Source: Camelus dromedarius (taxonomy: Eukaryota). From it: 64,000 bases of DNA. The stretch lies in NCBI RefSeq assembly GCF_036321535.1, contig NC_087436.1, forward strand, positions 16,988,001 through 17,052,000, given 5' to 3'. Numbering within the stretch: the stretch's first letter is position 1; the number at the start of each line of letters is the position of its first letter. Made by a program: the position numbers and the translations under genes. Positions 27,232 through 40,540 of the stretch are shown one piece after another. A model generated the notes under the pieces. That model had not been told where the DNA came from. It saw nothing but the letters and a program-made list of their open reading frames with translations, and did not search any database.

Positions 27232-27245
27232 GTTTCCATGATAAC
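27232..27245. promoter_or_regulatory. Near-consensus RFX X-box motif
   Basis: GTTTCCATGATAAC versus GTTNCCATGGNAAC (one mismatch), next to retained CpGs (cccgagtcg). Confidence 0.3.
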
Positions 27246-27843
27246 TAATGGGCTCTGAGTGGAAAATGGAGAAAAAGACACATGCAAGATAAACAAGCAA
27301 AGACAGAAATTCAAACTGTAGGAAACAGTCTTACTGCTTTATGGAAAATTAACTTCAGTGTACTGTATGTAGGTGGTAGGTGCTGTTGTGGAGATGTGGA
27401 AAGATGAGTAATTTTTCCTTTACATCCATTCCTCTAACACTCCTTCTTCTCCCTCCTTGTCCTTAAAATACTCAAGGAAACACATGAACACTGAGAGAGC
27501 CAGTCCGGCCTGCCATTCTCTACTGGTATTTGTCATTATTCTGATTGAGTCATTTTCTGAAGAAGTGTCATTCTAATTTTGATCTAACTCTGAAAAAGAC
27601 CCTTCGCCTGCATTGGCTAGTCAGCCCATAAGAATCTTTGCATTCAATGTTCATTGATATCAGCAACACTGATGTCATTTGCACTCAGGGTAGAAATGCC
27701 CATTAAATGCACAATTTCATGCTCCGCCTCAGACCTGCCAAATCATGGTGTGCATTTGGGCAGTGCTGATATAGAACAGTATAGTGATAAAATCTCCAAA
27801 GAATTCATAGGTGACTTAATAGATATTACAAATAATGTCTTTT

Positions 27844-27892
27844 AGGTACAATGTATACAGAGAGGTATAGGTCAATGTATACAGAGAGGTAT
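27844..27892. repeat. Tandem duplication, two copies of 24-25 bp
   Basis: aggtacaatgtatacagagaggtat followed by aggtcaatgtatacagagaggtat. Confidence 0.85.
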
Positions 27893-30344
27893 ATAATACA
27901 TATGCAATATATATATGCATAAGATACATGCAATAAAGTCTGTAAAAGCAACTGATTTTTGTAGGAAGGATCTCTACTTTCTCATTTTCTAATATTTTAT
28001 TTAAAAAGAAAGCTCTTTTGGAATGGAAGTTTGCGTCAGTTCTCAGGCTGCTGTATCTTCCTTCTAACCAGATTTGGGTTTCTTCACGTATAGGGAACTC
28101 ATATTTATCTTCTATCCAAGCCACAGCCATTTTGACCATTTATATTCTGGGCATATGGTTTCCCCCAAATCTCTTCAATCTTTAGTCATTTATCACTTCT
28201 TTTCCTAGACAGTGTAATAAGCAACTTCATAGGATGACACAAGACATTTCTATTGGGACTAATCCAAATTTTGTTAAAATTCAGTCTTTTTTTATGGAAA
28301 TTTCTTCTCTTGAAAATTATCTGCAGTGTCACATACAGCCTCAGGATGGATATATGTAAGTCATTCCTTCAGTTTTATTGGCTTCCTGTTACCATTAACA
28401 AGAAACTTGCCTCATTAGAATTTTTCTTCCTTTTTTTACAGTCAATTTTAAAATTGAAAGTAAAACCAAAGATGATACGTTTTCCTCATGTTTCTTTCCT
28501 TTGCTGTTTTATAATCTAGTCTGATATAAAAATAGATGTTCATAAGCAAAATGGGTATTTTTTTTCAAGGATTCTTGATGTTATGGTAAAAATGGTTATT
28601 AATGTACCTTACCATAAACAATAGCATTCCACATGACCCTTCACCTTGCTTTAATGACATATATTGGCATTGTTTTTTTTTTTTTAACAGAGAAAATGTT
28701 AAGTAGTATTATAGTAGTATGTCAAGGGGTCCAGAAGGAATTTTGAAAATCAATACTTGATTATTTTTTGAAGTAGACATGTTTAGTCCATTAGAAATAA
28801 AGATTTTCCAATGATTTTCAGTACCTTTTGTCCTAAATAGCAGTGGTGAGTATTAAAAAGCATTACAGCTTTCTGGGTCCATTGGTTAGTTTATACTGTC
28901 ATTTGATCCTTTCTTCTTCCCTGCCTTCCTTTTTCTCCCTTTTTTCCCTCTTTTCAGTATGTTAATATTGATCCTCTTAGGATCAGTTGGTACTTAGACA
29001 CTCTGTCTAGTACCAAAAAAATTGATACATCCTTGATCCCAGAGAGTTTTTTTAACCTGTGGCAATATAATTATGTTACTCAAACAGTAATTCAGTTATT
29101 TTGGTAACTCTAGAGTGGATTTTTTTATACAGCTAAAAAAATAATATTATACATGTACCCATCCATTTCTAAAACTTTGAAACCAAGTGAAGAAAAAAAA
29201 AAGGTAAACTATTTCTTGCTTTGTTTTTGCAGTTACGTCTTCATTGTTCTTTTTAGTTAATCCAACAATGTTTATTAAGTACCTACTAAGTACCATGCAT
29301 TGGCAAGACAGAGGTGAATGGCTGAGAAGGCTGTATCTGACCATAAGGAGAGAAAATGTGATAAATAAATACCTTAACACAGAGCATCCTTTGCTTTCAT
29401 CCTATAGTCTGTTTTATCCCGCTGAAAGCAGAGAAGCAACAATTGTTTAACATTCATCTTGTGTATATTATCATGTCACAGCCTATTAGAATAAGAGGTG
29501 TGTTTCTTGAGCTATTTAAACTTTTTTTTTTTTTTTTTTTTGGTTTCAGTTAGTGAAAGCCACTCTATGAAACATATGGGAACATTTTCAAGGCATCGTT
29601 CAGGGATTCACAGTCCCACTGCACTATAATCTAGTGGTGCTGAAAGTAAAATAACAGTAACAGAAACCCTCCATCTAGCTTTATTGTTATGACTTATGTT
29701 AGCCATTTACTAGACTGGATGGCTGCCTACAGCACCCAAATGATAAACTAATCTGTGGTAGAGCATAATCCCCAAACCTAGTACTTTGCAGAGGATCATG
29801 GAAGTTAAAAAGTGTTTATAGGTTGGATTGGTTTGTTTGCAATCTATAACTCAGTTACTAAATTTCTGTGTTTCTTGCCACTTAGAGAAAAGCTTTTGCA
29901 CCTAAAATATTAAATTCTGAATTAACTTTCAAAATATTTGACTCCAAACTAATTTGTCTATAAGAACATTGGCTAAAATAGCTTATCTCTCTTTTCTAAT
30001 CTTTTCTATAAGAAAATTAACTCCTAAGTTGTTTTTCTGTCTTTTCTGTCAAACTAGATATTAACAAATTAAAACCCACCACACAGCAGGATTACCAAGA
30101 CTGGAAATTAAGAAAAGTAAACAAACAGAAAACCCCCAAAACACTAAGAGGAATTATAGACTAATCTTATGCTTTAGAATTTAAATGTTCTCAGTATTTT
30201 ATTTTCATTCATTTTGTTATTGCTTTTCATTAATTTTGACCCTTAAATTTACTTACTGCATATATATATTCTTATAAATTTTAGATCAGAGGTTTCACCA
30301 TTATTTTTTCCTGAACTTATTTTGTTTATGTATTCAGAATTATA

Positions 30345-31545
30345 ACTTGTACCAATAGCTTTCCCTCCCCATACCCTACCTGGCTGCTGTCCATCTCCAA
30401 TCCCCAGCCATAGGCAACCACTGATCTACTGTCTGCCTTTATGGATTTACCTATATTAGATATTTTACATAAATGGAATCATACAGTATGTGGTCTTTCA
30501 TAACTGACTTCCTTTCCTTAAGGATTTAGGAGTTCATCCATGTTGTAGCATGTATCAGTACTTTACTCTTTTTTATTACCAAATAGTATTCCACCGTATG
30601 GATAAGCAACATTTTGCTTATTCTTAATCAGTTGATGGACATTTTAGTAGTTTCCACTTTGGGGCTATTTTTAATAATGCTGTGACAAACATATATGTAC
30701 AAGTTTTTGTATGGACATGTTTTTATTTTTCATGGATGGATACCTAAGAGTAAAATTGCTGAGTCACATGATAGTTCTACTTTAGCATTCTGAGGAACTG
30801 ATAAACTCTTTTCCAAGGTGGTTGCATCATTTTACAATTGCATCAATAATTCATGAGGGTTCTAACTTCTCTATAATCCTTGGTGACACCTGTTACTGTC
30901 TGTCTTTTTTGTTATTGTCATTCTAGTAGGTGTGAGGTGGTATCTCACTATAATTTTGATTTACATTTCCCTGATGACTAATGATGTTGAACATCTATTC
31001 ATGTGCTGTTGGCCCTTTGTATATCTTCTTCAGAGAAAAGTCTATTCAAATAATTTGCCCACTTTAAAATTGAGTAATTTTTCTTTTTCCATTGAGTTGT
31101 TCCTTATGTGTTCTGTATACAAGTGCATTATCTCAAATAAGATTTGCAGATATTTCCTCCCAGTCAGTGGGTTGTCTTTTCATTTCCTTGATAGTGTCCT
31201 TGGAAGCTAAAGTTTTTAATTTTTTGAAGTCCAATTTATCTTTTTTTTTTTTTTTTTTTTTTTGGTCCTGTGTTTCTAATATTGTTTCTCAGAAACCATT
31301 GCCTGCTCCAAATTTATAAATTCCGGTGTTTCCCTCTAGGGGTTTCACAGTTTAATGCTTATATTTAGGTCTGTGATCCATTTTGAGTTAATTTTTATAT
31401 ATGGTGTGAGGTAGGCATCCAAATTCATTCTTTTGTGGTGCTTAGTATATAAGTCTTGCATTTCTTCATTAACTTTATTTTTAATTATTTTCTTCTTTTT
31501 TATACTATTGTAAATGGAATTGTTTTCTTAAATGTCATTTTTGGA
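30345..31545 (-). mobile_element. L1 (L1MB-like) 3' portion
   Basis: ggcaaccactgatctact...aaatggaatcatacagtatgtgg...gtgtgaggtggtatctc...atttccctgatgactaatgatgttgaacatct. Confidence 0.9.
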
Positions 31546-32769
31546 TTGTCCCTCTATTCTCCCTTTTTACAAAGCCCATTGCTTTGTGCCTGGACTACTG
31601 CAAATAGCCTCTTAGCCAATCTCTATCCTTCCAATATTGCTTTTCAGCAAAGAGGAATCAGAGGGGTCTATTAAATATGTAACATCAATCATAGATTACC
31701 CAGAATCTTAAAACTCTATTATGGCCTTCCATTATATATATAACAATTATTAACTATTGTCTGCAAGGCCTGATGTTTTTCTCATCACTAGTCTCCTTTC
31801 ACAATCTCTATGATGCAGCCACCTGGCTCTTTTACTTCCAGTTCATCACATCCCATTTCCTGTTTGTTTAAAGCTTTTCTACCCACCCTTTCTCTTTTAA
31901 AACTTAGTTTCTAATGTTTTCCTTCAAATCAAACTTTTCTAGAAAATAACCTATTTCATTTAAGCTGTTTAACAGTTTTATTGAAACCTAATTGACATAC
32001 AGTTAACTGCACATATTTAAATGTACTTACTTAAAGATGTTTTGACATTTGTTAAGAAGACCGTCTTTCCTAAACTGCCTTTGTATCTTTATCAAACATC
32101 AATTCAACCGTATATGTCTGGATCTATTTCTGGACTTTCTATTCTGTTCTGTTGATCTACTTGTGTATTTTTATGTGAATACCATACTGTATTGATTACT
32201 GTAATTTTGTAATAAGCCTTAAACTTTGGTAGTATAAAACTTCCAACTATATTCTTTTTTAAAAATTGTTCTGGCTATTCTAGGTACTTTGCATTTCCAT
32301 ATGAATTTTAAAATCATCTCATTAATTTCTACAAAAAAAAAATACCTATTAGGACATTGATTGGGATTGCATTGACCAATAGATCAGTTTGGGCAGAACT
32401 GATATGTTAACAATATTGAATCTTCTGATCCATAGGTATGATACAGCTCTCCATTTATTTAGGATTTCTTTAATTTCCCTCAGCAGTGTTTGTAGCTTTC
32501 AATGTTTGAGTTTTACGTGTATTTTATCTAATTTGTCTTTACGTATTTCTTATTTTATGATAATTTTTAATAGCAAATCAGATTTTTTTGTTGTATGCAT
32601 ATGAAAACACAACTGATTTTTTTTATATTGGTCTTCTAATCAGCAAGCTTGCTAACCTCATTTATTAGTTCTAGTAGCTTTTCATAGATTCCATAGAATT
32701 TTTTACATAGACAAACATGTAGTCTGTGAATAAAGATGGTTTTACTGCTTCCTTCCAAAGATACATGCT

Positions 32770-33086
32770 GTTTACATAAATACAGAACAGAAATAGACTC
32801 ATAGACATAGAATACAAACTTGTGGTTGCCAAGGGGTGGAGGGAGGGAAGGGATAGACAGGATTTCAAAATTGTAGAATAGATAAACAAGATTATACTGT
32901 ATAGCACAGGGAAATATACACAAGATCTTATGGTAGCTCACAGAGAAAAAAATGTGACAATGAATATATATATGTTCATGTATAACTGAAAAATTGTGCT
33001 CTACACTGGAATTTGACACAACATTGTAAAATGATTATAAATCAATAAAAATGTTTAAAACAAAAACAAAAACAAAAACAAAAAAA
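32770..33086 (+). mobile_element. Young 5'-truncated L1 3' end, camelid-like
   Basis: L1 3'UTR (aacagaaatagactcatagacatagaatacaaacttgtggttgcc), AATAAA and a (CAAAAA)n tail. Perfect 14-bp TSD caaagatacatgct at 32756-32769 and 33087-33100. Confidence 0.92.
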
Positions 33087-33213
33087 CAAAGATACATGCT
33101 TTTTATTTATTTATTTTTCTGGTCTTATGACACTAACTAGAGCCACAACCATATTAAAAAAAAGTGATGAGAATGTTTATCTGTGCATTCTTCCTGACCT
33201 TAAGGGGAAAGTA

Positions 33214-33559
33214 AAGTTGTTCCTTGATATCTGTGGGAAATTGATTCCAGAACCCTCTGCAGATACCAAAATCCAGGGATGCTCAAGTCCCTTATATAAA
33301 ATGGCATAGTGTTTGCAAATGACCTACACATATCCTCCTGTATACTTGAAATCGTCTCTAGACTGCTTATAATACCTACTATAATGTAAATGCTGTGTAA
33401 ATAGTTGTAAGTACAATGTAAATGCTATATAAATAGTTGCTAGTGCATGACAAACTCAAGTTTTGCTTTTTGTAACTTTATGGAATTTGGGGGTGTATTT
33501 TTGATCTATGGTTAGTTGATTCCACAGATGTGGAACCTGTGGATACAGAGGGCCTATTG
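33214..33559. mobile_element. MER2/MER2B-type TcMar-Tigger non-autonomous DNA transposon, full length
   Basis: 346 bp with TA target duplications at both ends, decayed terminal inverted repeats, and the diagnostic gataccaaaatcc..ggatgctcaagtcccttatataaaatggcatagt. Confidence 0.88.
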
Positions 33560-34502
33560 TATGCAGTTTTTCACCATTAAATATGATGTTAGCTGTTTGC
33601 TTTTCATAGATGACCTTATCAGGTTGAGGAAGTTCCTTTCTGTTCCTACCTTGTTCAGAAGTGTTACCAGGAAAAAATACTAGATTTTGTTAAATACTTT
33701 TTCTGCATCTATTGAGATGACATGTGGTTATATAATGTGGTGAATATGATTGATCCATTCTCAAGCCAAAATCTCTAAAATAAATTCATGGTATATTATC
33801 TTTTTTGTATATTATGGAATTCAGTTTGCTGAAATTTTGTTAAGAACTTTTGAATCTATGTTCTTGAGAAATATTGTTCTGTAGTTTTCTTGTAAAGTTT
33901 TTCCTTATTTTTATATTGGAATAGTTTTGACTCATAGAATGAATTGGAAAGCATCCTTCTTATTCAAATATCTGGAGGATGTTTCATAGAACTGCTATCA
34001 TTTCTCCTTTAAATATTTTGTAGAATTCTCCAGTGAAACCATCTGGCTGTGGAGTTTTTTGTTTTATTTTGTGATGGTGTTTAATCACAAATTCAGTTTC
34101 TTTCATAGGTACAGACTATTTCTTCTTGAGTGAGCTTTACTAATTTGTGTCTTTCAAGGAATTCATTGATTTCATCAACGTTGTTAAATTTATTGACATA
34201 ATGTTATTCATAACAGTTCCCTATTTTAACATCTGTAGATGATGTAGTGGTGTCACTTTTCTCATTCTTGATACTGGAAATTTTTTTATATTCTCATTTT
34301 TTTGGCTAAAATTTTTATCAGTTCTACTAATCTCAAAGAATCAACTTTGTTTCACTGACTTTATTGAGTTTCTGTTTTGTATTTCACTGTTTTCTGCTCT
34401 GTCCTGTAATTTTTCCTTTCTGCTCTATTTTTAGGGTTTCATTTTAAGTTTCTTTTTTCTAGAGTGTTAAAGCAGAAAATTGATTCTTTGGTGTGAGAAG
34501 AA

Positions 34503-34898
34503 TTTTTTTTCAAATTTTGTAATATTTTTCATTGAAGTTGATGTATAATATTATATTAGCTTTAAGTATACAGTATAATGATTTGGTATTATTACAGATT
34601 ACACTACATTAAAAGTTACTGTAAATTAATGGCTATAATTCCCTATGCTGTACAATATATCCTTGTTGCTTATCAATTTTATACATAGTAAGCAGAACAC
34701 TCTTTGACATAAATCATAGCAATATTTTCCTGGATCTGTATCCTAAGTTAAAAAAAAAAAAGCAAAAATAAACAAATAGGACCTAATTAAACTTAAAAGC
34801 TTTTCACAGCAAAGGAAACCATTGACAAATTGAAAAGACAGCCTATGGAATGGGAGAAAATATTTGCAAATGACAAAACCCACAAGGGGTTAGTATCT
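34503..34898 (-). mobile_element. L1 insertion with 5' inversion (twin priming)
   Basis: 34503-34690 is an antisense L1 3' terminus with a T-tail. 34691-34898 is sense-orientation ORF2 sequence (aaacttaaaagctttt..cagcaaaggaaacc...atggaatgggagaaaatatttgcaaat). Degenerate TSD gaagaattttttt / gaagtatttcttt. Confidence 0.75.
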
Positions 34899-37800
34899 GA
34901 AGTATTTCTTTTCTAATATAGGCATTTAGTACTATAAATTTTAAAGTACTTCTTTAGTGAAAGCCCACAAATTTTAATATTTTATATTTTCATTCTCATT
35001 CAGTTCAAAGTGTTTTAAAATTTGCCCTTTAACTATGGAGTTATTTAGATGTATGTTATGGAGTTTCCAAAGATTTGAGGATTTTCCAGAGATCTGTTAC
35101 TTACTTTTCACATTATTCCATTGTAGTCTTAGAACGTATTGTGCATGACTTGAATCTTTTGAAATTTACTGAGACTTTTTTTGACCCAGGATTTAATCTA
35201 TTGTGGAATATGTTCTGTGTGTATTTGAAGAGAATGTGTATTATGATGCTGTTGGTTGAAGTGTTTTTTCAATATCAATTAAGTTATTATTATTCAACTT
35301 CTCTTTTTCCTTAATGGTTTTCTATGTGTTCTATCAATTATTTAGAGAGAAGTGTTGAAATCTCATTGTTTCTAGAACTTATATTTGTTCCTCTGCAGAT
35401 AATGTGTCTTTTTTCTCTGGATGCTTTAAAGATTATTTATTTATTACCAATTTTATTATATTTGACTGTGATGTATCTTGCTGTAGTTTCCTTCATATTT
35501 CTTCTGCTTGGGTTCTTTGAGTTTCTTGGACCTGTGAGTTTACAGTTTTTGTTAAATTTAGAAAATTGACCCTATTTCTTCAAATATTCTGTTTTCTCCC
35601 TATTATGCTCTTCAGCTTAGGAGCTTTGAGTCACATACATGCTAGGCTGCTTAAAGTTGATCCTACAGTTCAATGACATGCTTTATATTTTTTAAATCTT
35701 CTTTCCCTGTTTCATTTTGCATAGCTTTTATTGCAATGTCTTTAATTTCAATCACTATTTATATGTAGTGCATAATCTGCCATTAATTACATCAAATATA
35801 CTTTTCACCTCAGACATTATATTTTTTCATCTCTAGACGTTTGATTTTAGTTTTGATTATATCATTCATGTTCCTGTTTAACATGTTTAATCTTTCCTCT
35901 AACTTCTTGAACATATGGAATATGGTTATAATCATGTTCACATCACTGTCTATTAATTCTGTTATCTGTGTTATTTGTGAGTCTGTTTAGATTGATTGAT
36001 TTTTCTTCTCAGTATGGGTTGCTTCTTTGTATGCCTGGTAATTTTCATTGGATGCCAGACATTTTGAATTTTATCTTATTGGTATCTGATAATTCAATTT
36101 CTATAAATATTAAGGTACTTTCAATTTCTGGAGAAGCAATTTCTTTAAAACTTAGCTAAAGTGATTCATTCTACTTCTACCACTCACCATATTACTTACT
36201 TTTGTATAACTATGCCATTTTCCTTTTTTACATGGCTAATAATTTGTATATATTTGTTCATTTTCTTATTATCTATCTCATTTCCAAATAAACCATTAGG
36301 TTCATGAAGGCAAGTACCACTTTGCTCACTTTTTATCTATGATATTTAACAGCATATAGCACATAATTGCTCAATAAATAAATGAGTGATTTTAGATTTC
36401 TGCTATGTTAATGCCATGGAATAACATTTTGGTTGGGGACTTAACATTTTGACAACATTTGAATTTCATTTACTGAATGTAAAGTATAAACCATCCTCAG
36501 GCTTCATAATTCTGTTTCTAAGAAATTATTGTTACTGATTATCCTGACTTGACTTTTAGAGAATTTAAAATAGTATATTTTCCCCTGAATTTCTCAAATG
36601 AAATGTTCTACTGAAATTAATGCTTCATGGAAATACATTTATATGTGCAATTTAGAAGAATACATAATGTCTTTAATTTGTATTTTTAACATGAAAGCCG
36701 TAACTATAAAGTTAATAAGTAAGTGTACAACCCATTATTTTCTTCAACTACTTCCAGAGATTATTAAAATTAAGGTCTTAGTGCCATGTAAAAAATCCTG
36801 TGTTTCAGTTTGCTATAATAATATCTCAAGTTTTCCCCCATGACTATGTAATTTACTGTCCACTATAATGACACCTAACATCATAAACACTTTTTTAAAA
36901 AGCAAATAAATCTTGAAACATATTTTTATTATTGTTCAAAAGTTTAAGTATTATTTATAGTATTATTTATATTTGAGCCAAAACTATCTTCTTTGAATGG
37001 AGCATATTAGAAAGACCTAACAATATGGATTCAATTATTTCATGGGCCAATTGTCTTGACATAAAGAATCCATTGTGTTCTACTGCACAAGAATGAAGTC
37101 CTCTTTAAAGGTAGCATTCTTATAAATGCATCTCAGGGATCATAAGAGTCACCAAGTAAGAGAGCATGAATGGCTCATCTCAAATTTCTCATGACAACTA
37201 ATGAAAAGAAAAAAAGATCTCTAAACTGTATTTTTAGTATTTAATTCAGTAACATAATAATTTTATCCAAAATATTGTATGTCAGAATATAATAATTCTC
37301 ACTTTTTTTTTAAGTCCTTAGTGATTCCTCTGAAAGCTAGATAAAATAATGTCAAATTTTTTTTGGAGGGGTGAAGGTGGGAAATGCACCTGATGCTAAC
37401 ACTGTGGAGGAATAAATAGGAAATAATCTTTGGTTTGGAACAATAATGTAAATCTCATGGGAGATTAAACCAGAGCAGTAGTGGATAATATGACAACTCA
37501 AATGAATAGGCAGCTGTATTTCTCAGGAAAAAAAAAAAAAAGATATTCCCTTTTTATTTCCAAGTGATATCCTAGGTAAAACATGCTGCTTGAAACATAA
37601 ACCTTCCCTTAAAAATTTGAATCAAGATCCCAGATATGGGGGTAAATCATCAGGAAAGCAGCTGTTAGCCTCTTATGAAGGAATACAGAGAGTAACAACA
37701 GTACAGATACAAATTCTGAACTCATGAAACTTTATGTTACCGTCCATTGATGATAACAGTTACCTTAAGCACTGGCAACATTTAACAGAACTATTAAATC

Positions 37801-39351
37801 AAGTCCCTTTACTCACCATTTTCACTCAAAAGTTAGGCTGTATAACTTACCTCATTTTCCTTTTTTACAATCATATTTTAAACCATCAGTTGGCTGGTTT
37901 AATTTATTGATTTCAGTTCTAATTTTGAAATTAGATACCTGGAGTATCAAATGTGTACAAACTTAAAAACTTGATAATATATGTTAGAAATAACTATATA
38001 CATAGTCTGTGTCTTATGTTAAATAGTTAAAACTCAGGTATTTATTATAGATACACATATCTAAACACAGACATACACACAATTACATGAGCTTTTGCAG
38101 GAATACAGATTGACCCTACCTTGACAGCCATGTTGACCATTTAGCCACCATTCTCTCAGTCACTTGTATCTAGTTAATTTTTGAGCCAAGAAGAAGGCTG
38201 CACTGAATTGCAGAAAAGAATTGCCCCCGAGGGCCTATCTACAGGTTATATTGTTCATTAGGAAGAGCTGGTTGTCAACAAAATCTCGACTGTGCTTCAG
38301 GGTTAAAGGTAAAAAACGTTGTGACTCTGATAAAATCACAGTGGATTACATATCGTGTTATCAGGTTGTGCTTATAAAGGGTATTTCAACCTAAAAGGAA
38401 GTGGAGGTTAGGGGGGAAGTGGTCTTTTGATAAACAGTAGCTCTTAATTTTAATGTAGTCAAATTTATCTGTTTTTTCTTCTGCTTTGTACTATTTCTGA
38501 AGATAATCTCAATGCATTTTCTGAGCTACATTATGTTAACGTTTCCTCCTTTTCCTCAAGATAATACAATATGTTAGGCTCATATTTGTTATCAATTTAA
38601 CTAATATCTGCTGTCAATTTGCCATGGAACACTAAAAACAATCTGTTTATTATTTCTGCCAATCCATTTGATCTTAGTCCTTGCTAATCTGTTTTTCTTT
38701 AATTTCCATTTAATTTTTTTTACACAATCTTCTTTAAAGCCCCATTAAAATAGAGAGATAGCAGGTCTCTAATTTACTTTATCCTTTAAGCTTGTTATCT
38801 CATGAAAGAAATTAAATACATCACAGTGGACCACATACACAGTTATAAATTATGTAAGCCTATCTTTATTCCAGCAATTAATCTTGCTCTTTTGCAAAAA
38901 ACCCAAGGGGAAATAACCCAACTTGTCTTGTATTTCCAAGAAGCAACATCCACAAAACACTGGGATTTTGCTCTTTACCCAATCTCAAATGTGAGAAATA
39001 TTTCACTAAACATCACTTTTTCCCTAAATACAATTATTAGATAACCTGATTGGTAAATGTTTACTTAGAACTAGGAAACAGTATAGTGATATATTTATAG
39101 AAAAAATATTTCATGAGAGCTTCTTTCCAAATGCCATTAATTCATTTGGAGAATGAATGAAGGAAAGACACTGTAAATATGTACATGTGTGGTCTTGCCC
39201 CTTTTCATTGGTAACCAAACGTCTAAATTGTTAGAGACAGCAGTATGTCCAGCTAAAATACTATGTATGTTACTAAATGGGAGTTTAGCTTCATCAGGAA
39301 TTATTCTGCATTGTTCTGTGTCTTTTAAAAGAATACTTTAAGAAATTTAGT

Positions 39352-40378
39352 GGGGACAGTTCAAGATAGTAGGAGGATCCTGAACTCACTTTCTCCCATG
39401 GACATACCAAATCTGCAGCTACATATTAAACAATTCCCTCTGAAAAAGATTTGAAAACTAGCTGAAAATCCCCTTCCACAACAAAGGATAAAAAGGCCAC
39501 AGCCACATCAAGATGGGCAGGAGAGGCAGAAATGCAGTGTCCCTAAAAACCCTACCCCTGGCGTAGCAAACCACAATTGGGAGGGACCTCACAAATACGG
39601 AGCTTCCAGCCGAGGACTGAGGGGTTCAAGCCCCACGTCACACACCCCAGACCTCTATCAGAGAGACAAGCCCTCAGGATGTCTGGCTTTGAAAACCAGT
39701 GAGGCTTACATCCTGAAGGCCAAAAGCGCTGTCAGAAATGGAGATTCTGCTGTTAAAAGACTTGCACTCAAGTTCACTTGCTCTGAGATCCAGTGCAAAA
39801 GCAGCAGTTTTTAAAGTGCCTAGACATATGTGGAGATTTATTTGATAATCTTAAAGCACCTGCCAGAGGGGCAGGGGTCTCTTGGAACTCTCCAGGGACA
39901 GGGGCTCTAGTGGGTGACATTTTTCACTCCCCCTTCATTTTGCTAGTGTCAGCAGGCCTACCCTTTCCCAGTGCCCTGTTACAGTCCTGCCAAAGCCAGC
40001 AGGTGGGTCAACCCTGGACAGGTGTGCCCTGCCCCATGGCTCCACCGAAGCAGGTGAGCAGGCTTATCCTGGCCTAGCACTGCCCCATGGCCCTGCCAAA
40101 GCTGGTGGGTGTGCATAGTCCACACAGGGGATGCCCCTTGAATGCCTAGCTCTGGGCTCCATGGGACTGAAAAAATTGGAGACAGTTTTTGGCAGGCTAC
40201 CACCTCAGAGCACTGCGCAGACAGCTGACTGAAACACCCTCCCGCCACCCCCTCAAGTCTTCCTAGATCAGTCCTTCAAGACTGGGACAGGTATCTGTTT
40301 TACCTGATATACAGAAACAAAGAGTCAGACAAAATGAGGAAACAGAGGAATATGTTCCAAATGAAAGAACGAGCTAAA
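39352..40378 (+). mobile_element. L1 5'UTR plus start of ORF1, 3'-truncated
   Basis: Starts ggggacagttcaagatag..aggaggatcctgaactcac and is GC-richer. The ATG at 40334 reads MRKQRNMFQMKE, typical of laurasiatherian L1 ORF1 N-termini. Confidence 0.8.
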
Positions 40379-40409
40379 TGGATTATATAGGGCGGTTCAC
40401 CCATAACGA

Positions 40410-40540
40410 ACGACATTTAGATGATTTAGGGACTTGTGAGCTGATGAAATGTTTGGACTTGATGCTATCAGTGATAGAGACTATAGGGGACATTGGGACT
40501 GGGTGGATGTAATAAGCTTGTGAGACAGACGTGATTCTTT
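40410..40540 (+). mobile_element. MaLR (MLT1) internal-sequence 3' end fragment
   Basis: ttggacttgatgct...gagactataggggacattgggactgggtggatgta...tgtgagacagacgtga resembles the MLT-int terminus. Confidence 0.5.

Larger units (their letters stand above)
32055..36110 (-). mobile_element. Old L1 (ORF2 to ORF1 remnants) hosting at least three younger insertions
   Basis: Antisense ORF2 motifs ctggatctatttctggact, tttgcatttccatatgaatttta, atcaggttgaggaagttcc, tagaattctccagtgaaaccatctgg. Confidence 0.85.
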
